Assembly: GCA_049975265.1 (NCBI GenBank)
Contig: JBNGDF010000009.1
Span: 10,295 to 74,294, forward strand
Direction: 5' to 3'
Length of the DNA stretch: 64,000 nucleotides
Source of the DNA: Fidelibacterota bacterium
Lineage (GTDB): Bacteria; Fidelibacterota; UBA2242
Shown: one piece after another, positions 50,042 to 59,300 of the stretch
Layout: each line of letters begins with the position of its first letter
How positions within the stretch are numbered: position 1 is the first letter of the stretch
Notes under the pieces: model-generated
What the model saw: only the letters and a program-made list of their open reading frames with translations
What the model was told of the DNA's origin: nothing
Database searches by the model: none
Made by a program: the position numbers and the translations under genes

Positions 50042-51096
50042 GCCGGGAATTTCATGAATACCGCGGTTGCATTCATGTCCACTCGATCTATTCGGACGGG
50101 GGTGGGACCATTCCGGAGATTATCAATGCCGCCCAAGGCGCAAAACTGGATTATTTGATGATCTCGGATCACATGACTCTGCGGGCGCGGGATGAGAATT
50201 ATTTCGGCTGGTACGACAACCTGTTTGTGACGGTAGGATATGAGATTAACGATCAGGATGATCAGCATCACTATTTAGCCTTTGGGCTGGATAAAATGCT
50301 GCCGCCGGAATACACTCACGAGCAATATATCCAGGCGGTCAAAGCAAAAGGTGCCCTCGGCATCGCCGCCCATCCTTTCGAGGAACGTGATATGAGTAAG
50401 TCGGTGGTGGGATTTCCGCCGATTCCCTGGGGTAATCTGGATTACCCGGAAATCGAAGTCATTGAAATTTGGAATATGATGTCACACTGGCTGGAACTGA
50501 CCACCGGCTGGAATAAATACTGGAATGTTCTTCATCCGCGCAGTTTTTCCACCTTTCCTTCACGCCGCCTGCTCAGTTGGTGGGATAAGGCGAATCTGGA
50601 GCGCAAAGTCGTTGGCGTCGGGTCTGTTGACGTGCATGCCATTAAGGTGAAACTGTTGAAAATTTATACGAAAGCCATCTTTGATTACAAAATCATGTTC
50701 AAATCGCTGCGTACGCACCTGCTCTGCGATACTGAATTAAGCAAAGAGGATACTCCTTCCATAACGGAGAAGTCCATTTTTGATGTTATTCAATCCGGGC
50801 GTACGTTCGTATCTAATTTCCGCTGGGGCGACGCCACCGGTTTTCGCTTTTGGGCGGAGGATGGGCGTCAGCATCTGCAGATGGGAGAATCGGGCGTATT
50901 GACCAAGCCGGTTATCCGGGCGGTATTGCCAAAGAAGGGTCACTGTCGTCTGATTCGAAATGGCGAAGTCATCCAGAAAGGTAAAGCAAGGGAAATCGAA
51001 ATCCCGGTGAAACCCGGTATCTACCGCCTGGAGGTATTGAGCGGGAAACGGGGTTGGATTTATTCGAATCATGTCAAAATAATGGAACCAGAGTAA
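50038..51096 (+). CDS. PHP-domain metallohydrolase (CehA/McbA-like)
   Basis: HVHSIYSDG, SDH, AHP, GSVDVH metal motifs. Confidence 0.85.
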   Translation: MSREFHEYRGCIHVHSIYSDGGGTIPEIINAAQGAKLDYLMISDHMTLRARDENYFGWYDNLFVTVGYEINDQDDQHHYLAFGLDKMLPPEYTHEQYIQAVKAKGALGIAAHPFEERDMSKSVVGFPPIPWGNLDYPEIEVIEIWNMMSHWLELTTGWNKYWNVLHPRSFSTFPSRRLLSWWDKANLERKVVGVGSVDVHAIKVKLLKIYTKAIFDYKIMFKSLRTHLLCDTELSKEDTPSITEKSIFDVIQSGRTFVSNFRWGDATGFRFWAEDGRQHLQMGESGVLTKPVIRAVLPKKGHCRLIRNGEVIQKGKAREIEIPVKPGIYRLEVLSGKRGWIYSNHVKIMEPE

Positions 51097-51097
51097 A

Positions 51098-52447
51098 ATG
51101 TGTGGAGTAGTCGGAGTATACGAAAACCGGGAAGCATCGACGCTGGCGTACCTGTGTCTCTATGCCCTGCAGCATAGGGGGCAGGAGGGAGTCGGCATCG
51201 CAACTTATCAGGATTCAAAAGTGTTCATGGCGAAGGGGCGGGGACTGGTCTCGGAAGTATTTTCCAGCCGCAGCAAGCTGGAGAGCCTGTCCGGTAATTT
51301 CGCCGTGGGGCATAATCGCTATTCCACCTGCGGTGAAAAATCCCCGATTAATATCCAGCCGTTGACATTTAATTATAAAGGCAATCAGATCATTATCGCC
51401 CATAACGGCAATCTGGTGAACCTAAATCCGATTCGCAAAGCACTGGAGGGAAAGGGGGCGCTTTTTCAAACCAGTTCCGATACGGAATATATCATACAGC
51501 TTTTTTCCCATTCCAAAGCCCCAACCATCGAGGAAAAGATGCTGGATGCACTCCGGCAGGTGGAAGGGGCATTTTCACTCGTTATCATGTACAATGATAA
51601 AATGATTGTCGCCCGTGACTGGCACGGTTTCCGCCCCATGTGTATCGGTCGGTTAAAAGAAACCGTGATTGCCACTTCCGAAAGTTGTGCCCTCGATCTG
51701 GTGGGTGCCAAATATGAACGCGACGTTATTCCCGGAGAGATGATCGTATTTGACGGAAAAAGTGAGAAAAGCTATACCATTCACGAACCAAAACCGCGTC
51801 ACTGTATTTTTGAATATGTCTATTTTTCCCGTCCGGACAGCCAGATATTCGGCGAATATGTGGATAAAACCCGCCGTAAGATTGGTAAAATACTGGCGAT
51901 GGAAAAACCGGTCGAGAATGCCGATATCGTCATTTCGGTGCCCGATTCCAGTAATACCACGGCGCTTGGCTATGCCCAGCGTTCGTCGGCGCGTTTTGAG
52001 CTGGGACTCATCCGCAATCATTACGTCGGGCGGACCTTTATACATCCGACTCAGGAGATGCGTGATTTCAGTGTAAAAATTAAATTTAATCCCATCGGTG
52101 GTGTTCTGAAGGATAAAAAAGTGGTAATTGTTGACGATTCCATTGTACGCGGAACCACCCTGAAAAAGCTGGTGCGGATGATCAAGGAGACGGAACCGGC
52201 GGAAATTCATATCCGGATCGGGTCTCCGCCAGTCAAATTTCCCTGCTTTTATGGCATGGATTTTCCTTCCAAGGAGGAGCTGATCGCCAATCATAAAAGC
52301 GTGGCGGAAATCCGGGATTATCTTGAAGTGGACAGCCTCGAATACATATCCGTAAAGGGGCTGCTGGAAGCCACTTCGTTGCCCGATGATCACTTCTGCA
52401 CCGCCTGCTTCACGGGAAAATACCTGGACGCCGACCGTAACTATTAA
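51098..52447 (+). CDS. purF: Amidophosphoribosyltransferase
   Basis: MCGVVG N-terminal Cys, LQHRGQE, HNGN, CIFEYVYF, VDDSIVRGTT, CTACF. Confidence 0.97.
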   Translation: MCGVVGVYENREASTLAYLCLYALQHRGQEGVGIATYQDSKVFMAKGRGLVSEVFSSRSKLESLSGNFAVGHNRYSTCGEKSPINIQPLTFNYKGNQIIIAHNGNLVNLNPIRKALEGKGALFQTSSDTEYIIQLFSHSKAPTIEEKMLDALRQVEGAFSLVIMYNDKMIVARDWHGFRPMCIGRLKETVIATSESCALDLVGAKYERDVIPGEMIVFDGKSEKSYTIHEPKPRHCIFEYVYFSRPDSQIFGEYVDKTRRKIGKILAMEKPVENADIVISVPDSSNTTALGYAQRSSARFELGLIRNHYVGRTFIHPTQEMRDFSVKIKFNPIGGVLKDKKVVIVDDSIVRGTTLKKLVRMIKETEPAEIHIRIGSPPVKFPCFYGMDFPSKEELIANHKSVAEIRDYLEVDSLEYISVKGLLEATSLPDDHFCTACFTGKYLDADRNY

Positions 52448-52456
52448 CCGGGAGAC

Positions 52457-53416
52457 ATGATGCTAACAATACCCGAAAAATATCTGAAACCACTGGACTA
52501 TCTCTTTATATTGAGACCGACACTCTTTTTCCCGGTCTGGATCATCACCCTGGCAGGCTATTCAACTCATTTTACCTCCGGAGAGACCATCATCTGGTGG
52601 AACACGGCAATCAACTGGCGACTCTTCTTTAATTTTTGTATACTGACGCTGGTTGCCGGAGCGACGTTTATTTTTAATCAACTGCAGGACACCGAAAGCG
52701 ACAGGGACAATCGGAAGCTGTTTCTTATTTCAGAAGAACATATCCATCCCAGGACCGCCCGTATAATCGGGATTACTCTGGCGGCGATCGGATTGATTGT
52801 ATTTTTAGTACAAAGTTTTCAACTCTTTATAGTGCTGGGTCTGTTTATATTGGTCTGGGGCTATCTGTACAACTATCCGCCCTTTACCTGGAAAGACCGG
52901 GCACTACCGGGGATAGTCGCGAATCTGTTAGGTGGCATGTTGCTGTTTCTGATCGGCTGGCTGATGGCGGGCGATTTTTCGGTAGAGGTTTTTCTATGGA
53001 TGATTCCATATACGTTGGCATGGGGTGCTGTAGCGCTTTTGACGACCATTCCGGATCAGGAGGGTGATGCCAAACACGATAAGAAAACCTTTGCAGTGAA
53101 ATACGGTGAAAAGATAACAATCTGGCTGGCAACCATATGGGTTTTTCTGGCATTTGTCTTGGGAATGATCATTAACGATCCGATTATCACACATCCGACT
53201 CTGCTGGCACTGCCGCTGTTCATCATTACCTGTTTTAATTTAAAAAAGGAGTGGGTGCTGCGGACAATCCGCTTTCCGCTGCTGTTTATCGGTTTGATTC
53301 TCTGCGTCCAGTTCCCCTACTTTTTCATTGCAATTTTAATAAACTATTATCTGGCAAAGATTTACTATGTCAACCGTTTCGAACTGGATTATCCTACATT
53401 CAAAGTGGAGGAGTAG
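52457..53416 (+). CDS. UbiA-superfamily prenyltransferase
   Basis: LRP, NQLQDTESDRDN and DQEGD Asp-rich motifs, YNYPP; multiple TM helices. Confidence 0.88.
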   Translation: MMLTIPEKYLKPLDYLFILRPTLFFPVWIITLAGYSTHFTSGETIIWWNTAINWRLFFNFCILTLVAGATFIFNQLQDTESDRDNRKLFLISEEHIHPRTARIIGITLAAIGLIVFLVQSFQLFIVLGLFILVWGYLYNYPPFTWKDRALPGIVANLLGGMLLFLIGWLMAGDFSVEVFLWMIPYTLAWGAVALLTTIPDQEGDAKHDKKTFAVKYGEKITIWLATIWVFLAFVLGMIINDPIITHPTLLALPLFIITCFNLKKEWVLRTIRFPLLFIGLILCVQFPYFFIAILINYYLAKIYYVNRFELDYPTFKVEE

Positions 53417-53419
53417 GGT

Positions 53420-53623
53420 GTGATTCTTGTCGATGTCAATGTGTGTGATCTATGCGGAACCTGTGTAGCGGTTTGTCCGGTGGACTGTATTGAATTGACG
53501 GAGTTTGATCTGCTGATCGACCATGAAAAATGCATCAATTGTAATGCCTGTGTCAAAATATGTCCATTTGCGGCGTTGCGAAATGCCGATGCAGAGGTAG
53601 TGCCGGATGAAACAACATTATGA
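53420..53623 (+). CDS. 2x[4Fe-4S] ferredoxin
   Basis: CDLCGTCVAVCP and CINCNACVKICP; GGAG RBS before GTG. Confidence 0.93.
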   Translation: MILVDVNVCDLCGTCVAVCPVDCIELTEFDLLIDHEKCINCNACVKICPFAALRNADAEVVPDETTL

Positions 53624-54782
53624 CATTGCCATTGTCGGAGGGGGACCAGCCGGAAGCACCGCTGCCCGGTTTGCCGCCGGTCAGGGTGCGGCGGTGGTTC
53701 TTCTGGAAAAAGACCGGGAGATCGGGGTTCCGGTACGTTGCGCCGAAGGGATCGGCGAAGACACTCTGGCAAAATATGTCGGTATCGATCCCTCCTGGAT
53801 CGTCAGCCGGATAACGGCATTTGGATTTCATTCTCCGTCAGGAATTGAGATTGCGTTTCAATCAACTACCGCACGGGGTTGTATATTAAACCGTCGCCTG
53901 TTTGATCATGCGCTGGCGGAGCTGGCAGCCCAAGCCGGAGCGGAAATTTACACCAAAGCCTATGTCCGTTCCCTGCGAAGACGCGAGCGCAGGTTCGTGC
54001 TGGGTTTACGGCATATCGGTCAGGAACGGGAGATTACGGCGGATATTGTCATCGCCGCTGACGGAATCGAATCCAGGATTGCACATCTTGCCGGAATAAA
54101 AACAAAACTTCCTTTCCGGGATATTGAAGCCTGTGCCCAGATGCAACTGGCAAATATTGATATTCACCCCGAACGTTGCGATTTTTATGTTTCCAACCGG
54201 TGGGCACCGGGCGGGTATGTCTGGGTCTTTCCGAAAGGTGCCCGAACCGCTAATGTCGGACTCGGAATAAACGGAATATATGCCGGTGAAAAACCGGCAC
54301 TGGGTTACCTGCAGGATTTTGTTAAGCAGCATTTTCCGCAGGCAACGATATTGACCACCACCGCTGGAGGTGTCCCGGTTGCCCGGACGCTGGACCCGCT
54401 TGTCAGCGATGGTATTATGGTGATCGGCGATGCGGCGCATCAGGTAAATCCTCTGACCGGTGGCGGTATTTCGGCTGCGTTAGCCGCCGGGAAAATGGCG
54501 GGGCGGGTCGCCGCTGAGGCGGTGAAAGCCGGTGATAATTCCAGCCGCCGTTTGATATCCTATCAGAAAGAGTGGAATAAAAGTTATGGCAAAGAAATTC
54601 GACGCTACTATCGTCTTAAAGAGTGGGTGATGAAACTAACAGACCAGGACTATGAAGATATCGCCGCCGCCCTGGATAGATTGCCACCGGAAGAGATTAC
54701 GCTTACCAGGATTTTCATGCAGGCTGTAAAAAAGAGACCTTCCCTGATTCCCACAGTAGTGAAGATTTTTGCCGGCTTGTAA
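53607..54782 (+). CDS. Geranylgeranyl reductase family flavoprotein (archaeal DGGGPL-reductase-like)
   Basis: VGGGPAG FAD motif, EKDREIGVPVRCAEG, APGGYVWVFPKG, ANVGLG, GDAAHQVNPLTGGGI. Confidence 0.88.
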   Translation: MKQHYDIAIVGGGPAGSTAARFAAGQGAAVVLLEKDREIGVPVRCAEGIGEDTLAKYVGIDPSWIVSRITAFGFHSPSGIEIAFQSTTARGCILNRRLFDHALAELAAQAGAEIYTKAYVRSLRRRERRFVLGLRHIGQEREITADIVIAADGIESRIAHLAGIKTKLPFRDIEACAQMQLANIDIHPERCDFYVSNRWAPGGYVWVFPKGARTANVGLGINGIYAGEKPALGYLQDFVKQHFPQATILTTTAGGVPVARTLDPLVSDGIMVIGDAAHQVNPLTGGGISAALAAGKMAGRVAAEAVKAGDNSSRRLISYQKEWNKSYGKEIRRYYRLKEWVMKLTDQDYEDIAAALDRLPPEEITLTRIFMQAVKKRPSLIPTVVKIFAGL

Positions 54783-54790
54783 CAAGACCG

Positions 54791-57652
54791 ATGACTGAGC
54801 TGTTAAAAGACCTGAATCTGACAAGATTTGTCTCTTTTGATCTTGAAACCACCGGATTGAATCCGGCAGGTGACGCTGTCATCGAATTTGCCGCTGTTCT
54901 TTTCCAAAACGGAAAACCGACCGAAAAACTCACTTTCCTGTGCAATCCCGGTTATGCAATCAATCCTGAAATAGAGGACTTGACCGGTATAACCACCGAT
55001 ATGCTAGCGGGTTGTGAACCTTTTGAGAATCATCTCGGCGATGTTCTGGATTTTCTGGCTGATGCTCCGCTGGTGGGACACAATATCGGCTTCGATCTGG
55101 GTTTTTTAAAACATGCGTGCCGCCGTCGTCGTGAATTCAGACGGCAGCGTTTTGATAATATTATTTACGATACTATGCTGCTGGCTCAGGCGTTTTTCTT
55201 TTATCTGCCCAATCATCGCCTTTCAACCGTCAGCGACTATTGCAGTCTGTTCACCGAAAATGCCCATCGCGCTGCTGCCGATGCCATGAATTCCGGGAGG
55301 ATCTTCTTAAAGCTGATTCCGGAAGTGTTAAAATACAGCCTTGATACACTCCAGCAGATCAACTATATACTCAAGGATACCGATGATCCCAATAAATGGC
55401 TGTATCAAAACGCCGCCAAAAGGATGCTGCTGACGAAAAGTATCGGTGCTGAAAAGAAACCGAAAATTAGCTGGCAAGCTCCTGGTAATATTTATGGTAC
55501 TCCGCTGCGGGAAAATATTACCGGCTCCGCAAAACCTGATCCGACGGAGCTTGATCGTTTTTTTGACCAAGAAGGGCTGCTGTCAAAACAGCTGAGCAGT
55601 TACGAACCGCGGACTCAGCAACACGCTATGGCACAACTGGTTTATGAAGCATTAAGCGGTGGTAAATCGGCGGTGATCGAAGCCGGGACCGGGGTTGGAA
55701 AGACTCTGGCATACCTGATTCCAGCCCTCCTGTGGCAAAAGCACACCTACCCAGACCATTCCCGGATCGTCATCGCCAGCAATACAAAGACCCTTCAGGA
55801 ACAGATTTTTTATAAAGAAATTCCCTTTGTTCATGATAAATTAAATCTGTATTTCAAAGCCGTTTTACTAAAGGGAAGATCCAATTATATCTGTCTGACA
55901 CGCTGGAATCAATTTCTGGCGGATATCGAAACCAAACTGCATATTACCAACCGATCGGCGATTATCCCAATCATCATCTGGTTGATCCATACGAAAACGG
56001 GGGATATTGCCGAAAATAACGGTTTCAGAATCCGGCAAAATCCGCAGATCTGGAGTGAAGTCGTATCGGAACCGGGGTATTGTACAACCAGTGTCTGCCA
56101 GAAATATGACGGCTGTTTTCTCGGTAATATTCGTTTTCAGGCTGGCAGTGCCGATATCGTGGTCGCCAACCATTCATTGTTGCTTTCCGATGCCGCTTCG
56201 GACAATACCGTCTTACCGCACTACGATATTGTAATCATCGATGAAGCTCACAATCTGGAAAAAAATTCCTATAATTATTTTTCGTCACGAATCAACCTGC
56301 AAATGCTGCTTTCCAAATTAAATACTGTCTACAATGCAGCAACCGTCGAAAGAGGCTTGCTGATCGACGCTGCCCAACTGCTTCGCCAGTACCAAAAGAC
56401 CGGGAAACTCGATAACGAAATTCAACGCCTGAAGGAGCATCTGAACGATCTCAACCTCACCGCTGAAATCTTCTACAAAGCGGTCTACCAACACTCCTTG
56501 CCGAAATTGCATAATAACCGGGGCTATTCCCTGAAGCAACGTTACAAACGGTTCCGGGATGAATTTCCATTGATGGAAACCGAGTCAAAGACATTTATCT
56601 ATGAATTGGACACAACTATCACCGCGCTTCGGGAACTGGTCCTGCTGATTGACCAGCTGGTCAGCGATCAACCCGAAGGTTTCGACGAATTGCGTCTGCG
56701 GTACACAAATATCATTGCCGACTTACAGGAGTACCTTGATACCCTGCGGACAATTGAGACAAGCGCCGACGATACCCTGATTTTCTGGTATGAAATAAAA
56801 GTCAACAGCAACGAATACGGCGTTGATTTTGTCTTTACGCCGCTGGATATATCCGGGGCCATCTTTGACAAATTACTGAAGGAAAAAGAGACCACGATCA
56901 TGACTTCGGCGACGATGCGAATTGCCGATTCCTTTGATTATATTCTCGAACGAACCGGAATATCGAAATTGGGGAACAAACAATTGTTCTACGATACGGT
57001 GGGTTCGCCCTTCGATTATGCTCATCAGATGCGGTTTATCACCTATCACCGGGGAACAGGCAGCAGTGAAACAGCGACGCTCTCAAGACTTATCATCGAT
57101 CTGGTTAATCACTTTAACAGAGGCATAATGGCGCTGTTTACATCCTATTCGGCTCTCCAAGAGGTCTACCGAAATATTCGTACCGAATTTCAGAAACTGG
57201 GCATTACCCTTTTGGCGCAGGGGGTCGGCGGCTCTCAGACCACACTTCTGGAACAATTCCGCAAAGAAAAGGCGTCGGTGCTGCTGGGAACCAGTAGTTT
57301 TTGGGAAGGCGTGGATGTCGTTGGAGATTCGCTGGAAATCCTGATCATCAGTAAGTTGCCCTTTCCTGTCCCGTCTGAACCTATCATCGAGGCAAATGTG
57401 GAAAAATTAAGACTGCTGGGCGGCAATCCGTTCAATGAGTACTACGTCCCCGAATCGGTCTTGAAATTTCGCCAGGGCATCGGTCGGTTGATTCGCTCGA
57501 AAACCGACAAAGGCGTTGTTATCAATCTTGATGACCGGATTGATAAAAAGGCTTATGGACAATTCTTTAAACAATCAATTCCGGTTGATGCATTAAGCAT
57601 CACCGATCTGGAATCGCTGAATTGGGAAATCGAGTCATTTTTTAACAGGTAA
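54791..57652 (+). CDS. dinG: DEDDh 3'-5' exonuclease - DinG helicase fusion
   Basis: FDLETTG, GHNIGFD, HRA exonuclease motifs; EAGTGVGKT, DEAH, SAT, FWEGVD, QGIGRLIR; four candidate FeS Cys. Confidence 0.93.
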   Translation: MTELLKDLNLTRFVSFDLETTGLNPAGDAVIEFAAVLFQNGKPTEKLTFLCNPGYAINPEIEDLTGITTDMLAGCEPFENHLGDVLDFLADAPLVGHNIGFDLGFLKHACRRRREFRRQRFDNIIYDTMLLAQAFFFYLPNHRLSTVSDYCSLFTENAHRAAADAMNSGRIFLKLIPEVLKYSLDTLQQINYILKDTDDPNKWLYQNAAKRMLLTKSIGAEKKPKISWQAPGNIYGTPLRENITGSAKPDPTELDRFFDQEGLLSKQLSSYEPRTQQHAMAQLVYEALSGGKSAVIEAGTGVGKTLAYLIPALLWQKHTYPDHSRIVIASNTKTLQEQIFYKEIPFVHDKLNLYFKAVLLKGRSNYICLTRWNQFLADIETKLHITNRSAIIPIIIWLIHTKTGDIAENNGFRIRQNPQIWSEVVSEPGYCTTSVCQKYDGCFLGNIRFQAGSADIVVANHSLLLSDAASDNTVLPHYDIVIIDEAHNLEKNSYNYFSSRINLQMLLSKLNTVYNAATVERGLLIDAAQLLRQYQKTGKLDNEIQRLKEHLNDLNLTAEIFYKAVYQHSLPKLHNNRGYSLKQRYKRFRDEFPLMETESKTFIYELDTTITALRELVLLIDQLVSDQPEGFDELRLRYTNIIADLQEYLDTLRTIETSADDTLIFWYEIKVNSNEYGVDFVFTPLDISGAIFDKLLKEKETTIMTSATMRIADSFDYILERTGISKLGNKQLFYDTVGSPFDYAHQMRFITYHRGTGSSETATLSRLIIDLVNHFNRGIMALFTSYSALQEVYRNIRTEFQKLGITLLAQGVGGSQTTLLEQFRKEKASVLLGTSSFWEGVDVVGDSLEILIISKLPFPVPSEPIIEANVEKLRLLGGNPFNEYYVPESVLKFRQGIGRLIRSKTDKGVVINLDDRIDKKAYGQFFKQSIPVDALSITDLESLNWEIESFFNR

Positions 57653-57658
57653 TTAAGA

Positions 57659-59032
57659 TTGGACACGGAAGATCAGCCGGGCGTTTTCGGGAATTTACCC
57701 ATTACAGGGGATATTCTTGTAACGACAAATGTAACTTCACTCACTCACCTGCAAGTTGCGAAATATTTCCGGTACGCTGGCGAAAATTTTGTGCTATTAC
57801 CCATTAACTCGATATCCGTCAGGCATCTGGGTTATAATCCCTACATTCACGGGATGATACACGTAGCCGGTAATTCTCTATGTGATGCTATCCAATTGGA
57901 CGCCTATGCCGAACAGGTGAGGGATAGCCAGCAGCTGGAACCGATAGTTGATAAATTTGCTCTGGGTAATGAGCAGGATGCAGTAATAGAGAAATATCTC
58001 GTTTTCAGACTTACACCGCTGCGAATTGATGTGATGAAAGGTCCAGACACGGTGAGTAGTGTAACTCTGCCTGCGAATGAACCACCCTTGCTACGCTGTT
58101 TTTTCTTCGGTATTTGGACAAGAATAAAACGCTGGACGGCGATTTTGCGTGCCTCCTTTTTCAGTGCCTCGATCGCACCGGTTTTTGTGGGTGCTGCCGT
58201 CGCTTATAACCGACAATCAGAAATCCATTGGGGACGACTCCTGTTGACACTTCTGGGGGCTGTATCTGTCCATGCCGCCGCAAATGTCATCAACGATTAT
58301 TATGATCATCGTTCCGGAAACGATGCTGGCAACCGCTATCCGACGGCTTTTTCCGGCGGAAGTCGCATGATTCAGGAAAAAATCATAACACCGGCAACCG
58401 GATTTTTTATCGCCCTGTTTCTTTTTGCTGTAACTATGGCAATCGGTCTGTATTTAAACAGTATTACCGCCGGAAATAACATTTTGTACATTGGGATTAT
58501 CGGAATTCTTTTAGCATTTTTCTATTCGGCAGCACCGCTGAAGCTGGCTTACCGCGGAATCGGCGAATTGGCTATTGTCAGCGCCTTCGGACCGATAATT
58601 GTCATGGGAACCTACTATGTTCAGGTGCAATCGCTGGATTTAGTACCTCTGCTGGTTTCCATTCCTGCCGGAGTTCTGGTCGGACTCATTCTGTTCATCA
58701 ACGAATTTCAGGATATGATCGCCGATAAAAAGGTTCAGAAAAATACCCTTGTTGTCAGAGCCAGATCGAAGAAAAGGGCTGTTTATATTTATGGGGGATT
58801 GCTGATTTTCGTCTATTTATGGTTGGCTGGATGTGCGATTTTGGGCATGGTGCCAATCTGGACATTGCTGGTTTTTATCACAATCCCCATGGTTTACCGG
58901 GCGGTTCGGATTGTATCGAACCATTATGATCAGATAGAGGAGTTATTACCAGCCAATGCACTGACAATTGGAATTCACCTGCTGGTTTCACTGTTGGTTG
59001 CCATCGGATTTATCCTGGATGCCATTTGCTGA
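57659..59032 (+). CDS. MenA-like prenyltransferase with about 150-aa N-terminal soluble extension
   Basis: NVINDYYDHRSGND, FSGGSR, YSAAPLKLAYRGIGE, INEFQDMIADKKVQKNTL. Confidence 0.8.
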   Translation: MDTEDQPGVFGNLPITGDILVTTNVTSLTHLQVAKYFRYAGENFVLLPINSISVRHLGYNPYIHGMIHVAGNSLCDAIQLDAYAEQVRDSQQLEPIVDKFALGNEQDAVIEKYLVFRLTPLRIDVMKGPDTVSSVTLPANEPPLLRCFFFGIWTRIKRWTAILRASFFSASIAPVFVGAAVAYNRQSEIHWGRLLLTLLGAVSVHAAANVINDYYDHRSGNDAGNRYPTAFSGGSRMIQEKIITPATGFFIALFLFAVTMAIGLYLNSITAGNNILYIGIIGILLAFFYSAAPLKLAYRGIGELAIVSAFGPIIVMGTYYVQVQSLDLVPLLVSIPAGVLVGLILFINEFQDMIADKKVQKNTLVVRARSKKRAVYIYGGLLIFVYLWLAGCAILGMVPIWTLLVFITIPMVYRAVRIVSNHYDQIEELLPANALTIGIHLLVSLLVAIGFILDAIC

Positions 59033-59049
59033 AAGACGAGTGGTAGACC

Positions 59050-59078
59050 TTGACCTTTGACGGACGGTATCGTAAATT
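59050..59078 (+). promoter_or_regulatory. Sigma70-type promoter for the tRNA locus
   Basis: TTGACC-17 nt-TAAATT ending 18 nt before tRNA-Gln. Confidence 0.65.
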
Positions 59079-59096
59079 AGCACGCTTTTTCACAAA

Positions 59097-59167
59097 TGGG
59101 GTGTCGTCCAACGGCAGGACACATGACTCTGGATCATGGTATCGGGGTTCGAATCCCTGCACCCCAG
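59097..59167 (+). tRNA. tRNA-Gln (CTG)
   Basis: tggggtg/cacccca acceptor; anticodon arm catga-ctctgga-tcatg; GTTCGAATC T loop. Confidence 0.96.
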
Positions 59168-59219
59168 CACCAAGGCAGGGGTTGTCTGTTATTTCAAAAT
59201 TGACTTTGTAGCGGATTAC

Positions 59220-59290
59220 CATGATTCTCATGGTATCGGGGTTCTCCCAAGGGAATCCCGACAAATCGGTAGAATCCCTGCACCCCAGCA
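59220..59290 (+). repeat. Degenerate direct repeat of the tRNA-Gln 3' half with a 27-nt T-loop insertion (att-like scar / pseudo-tRNA)
   Basis: tcatggtatcggggttc (59228-59244) and gaatccctgcaccccagca (59272-59290) are identical to the tRNA-Gln 3' region; insert at 59245-59271. Confidence 0.85.
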
Positions 59291-59300
59291 AAGAGCTCTT

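Noticed and set aside
51653..52393. 246-aa antisense ORF
   Set aside because: Shadow of purF.
59010..59291. 93-aa minus-strand ORF
   Set aside because: Antisense to tRNA-Gln and its repeat; spurious.
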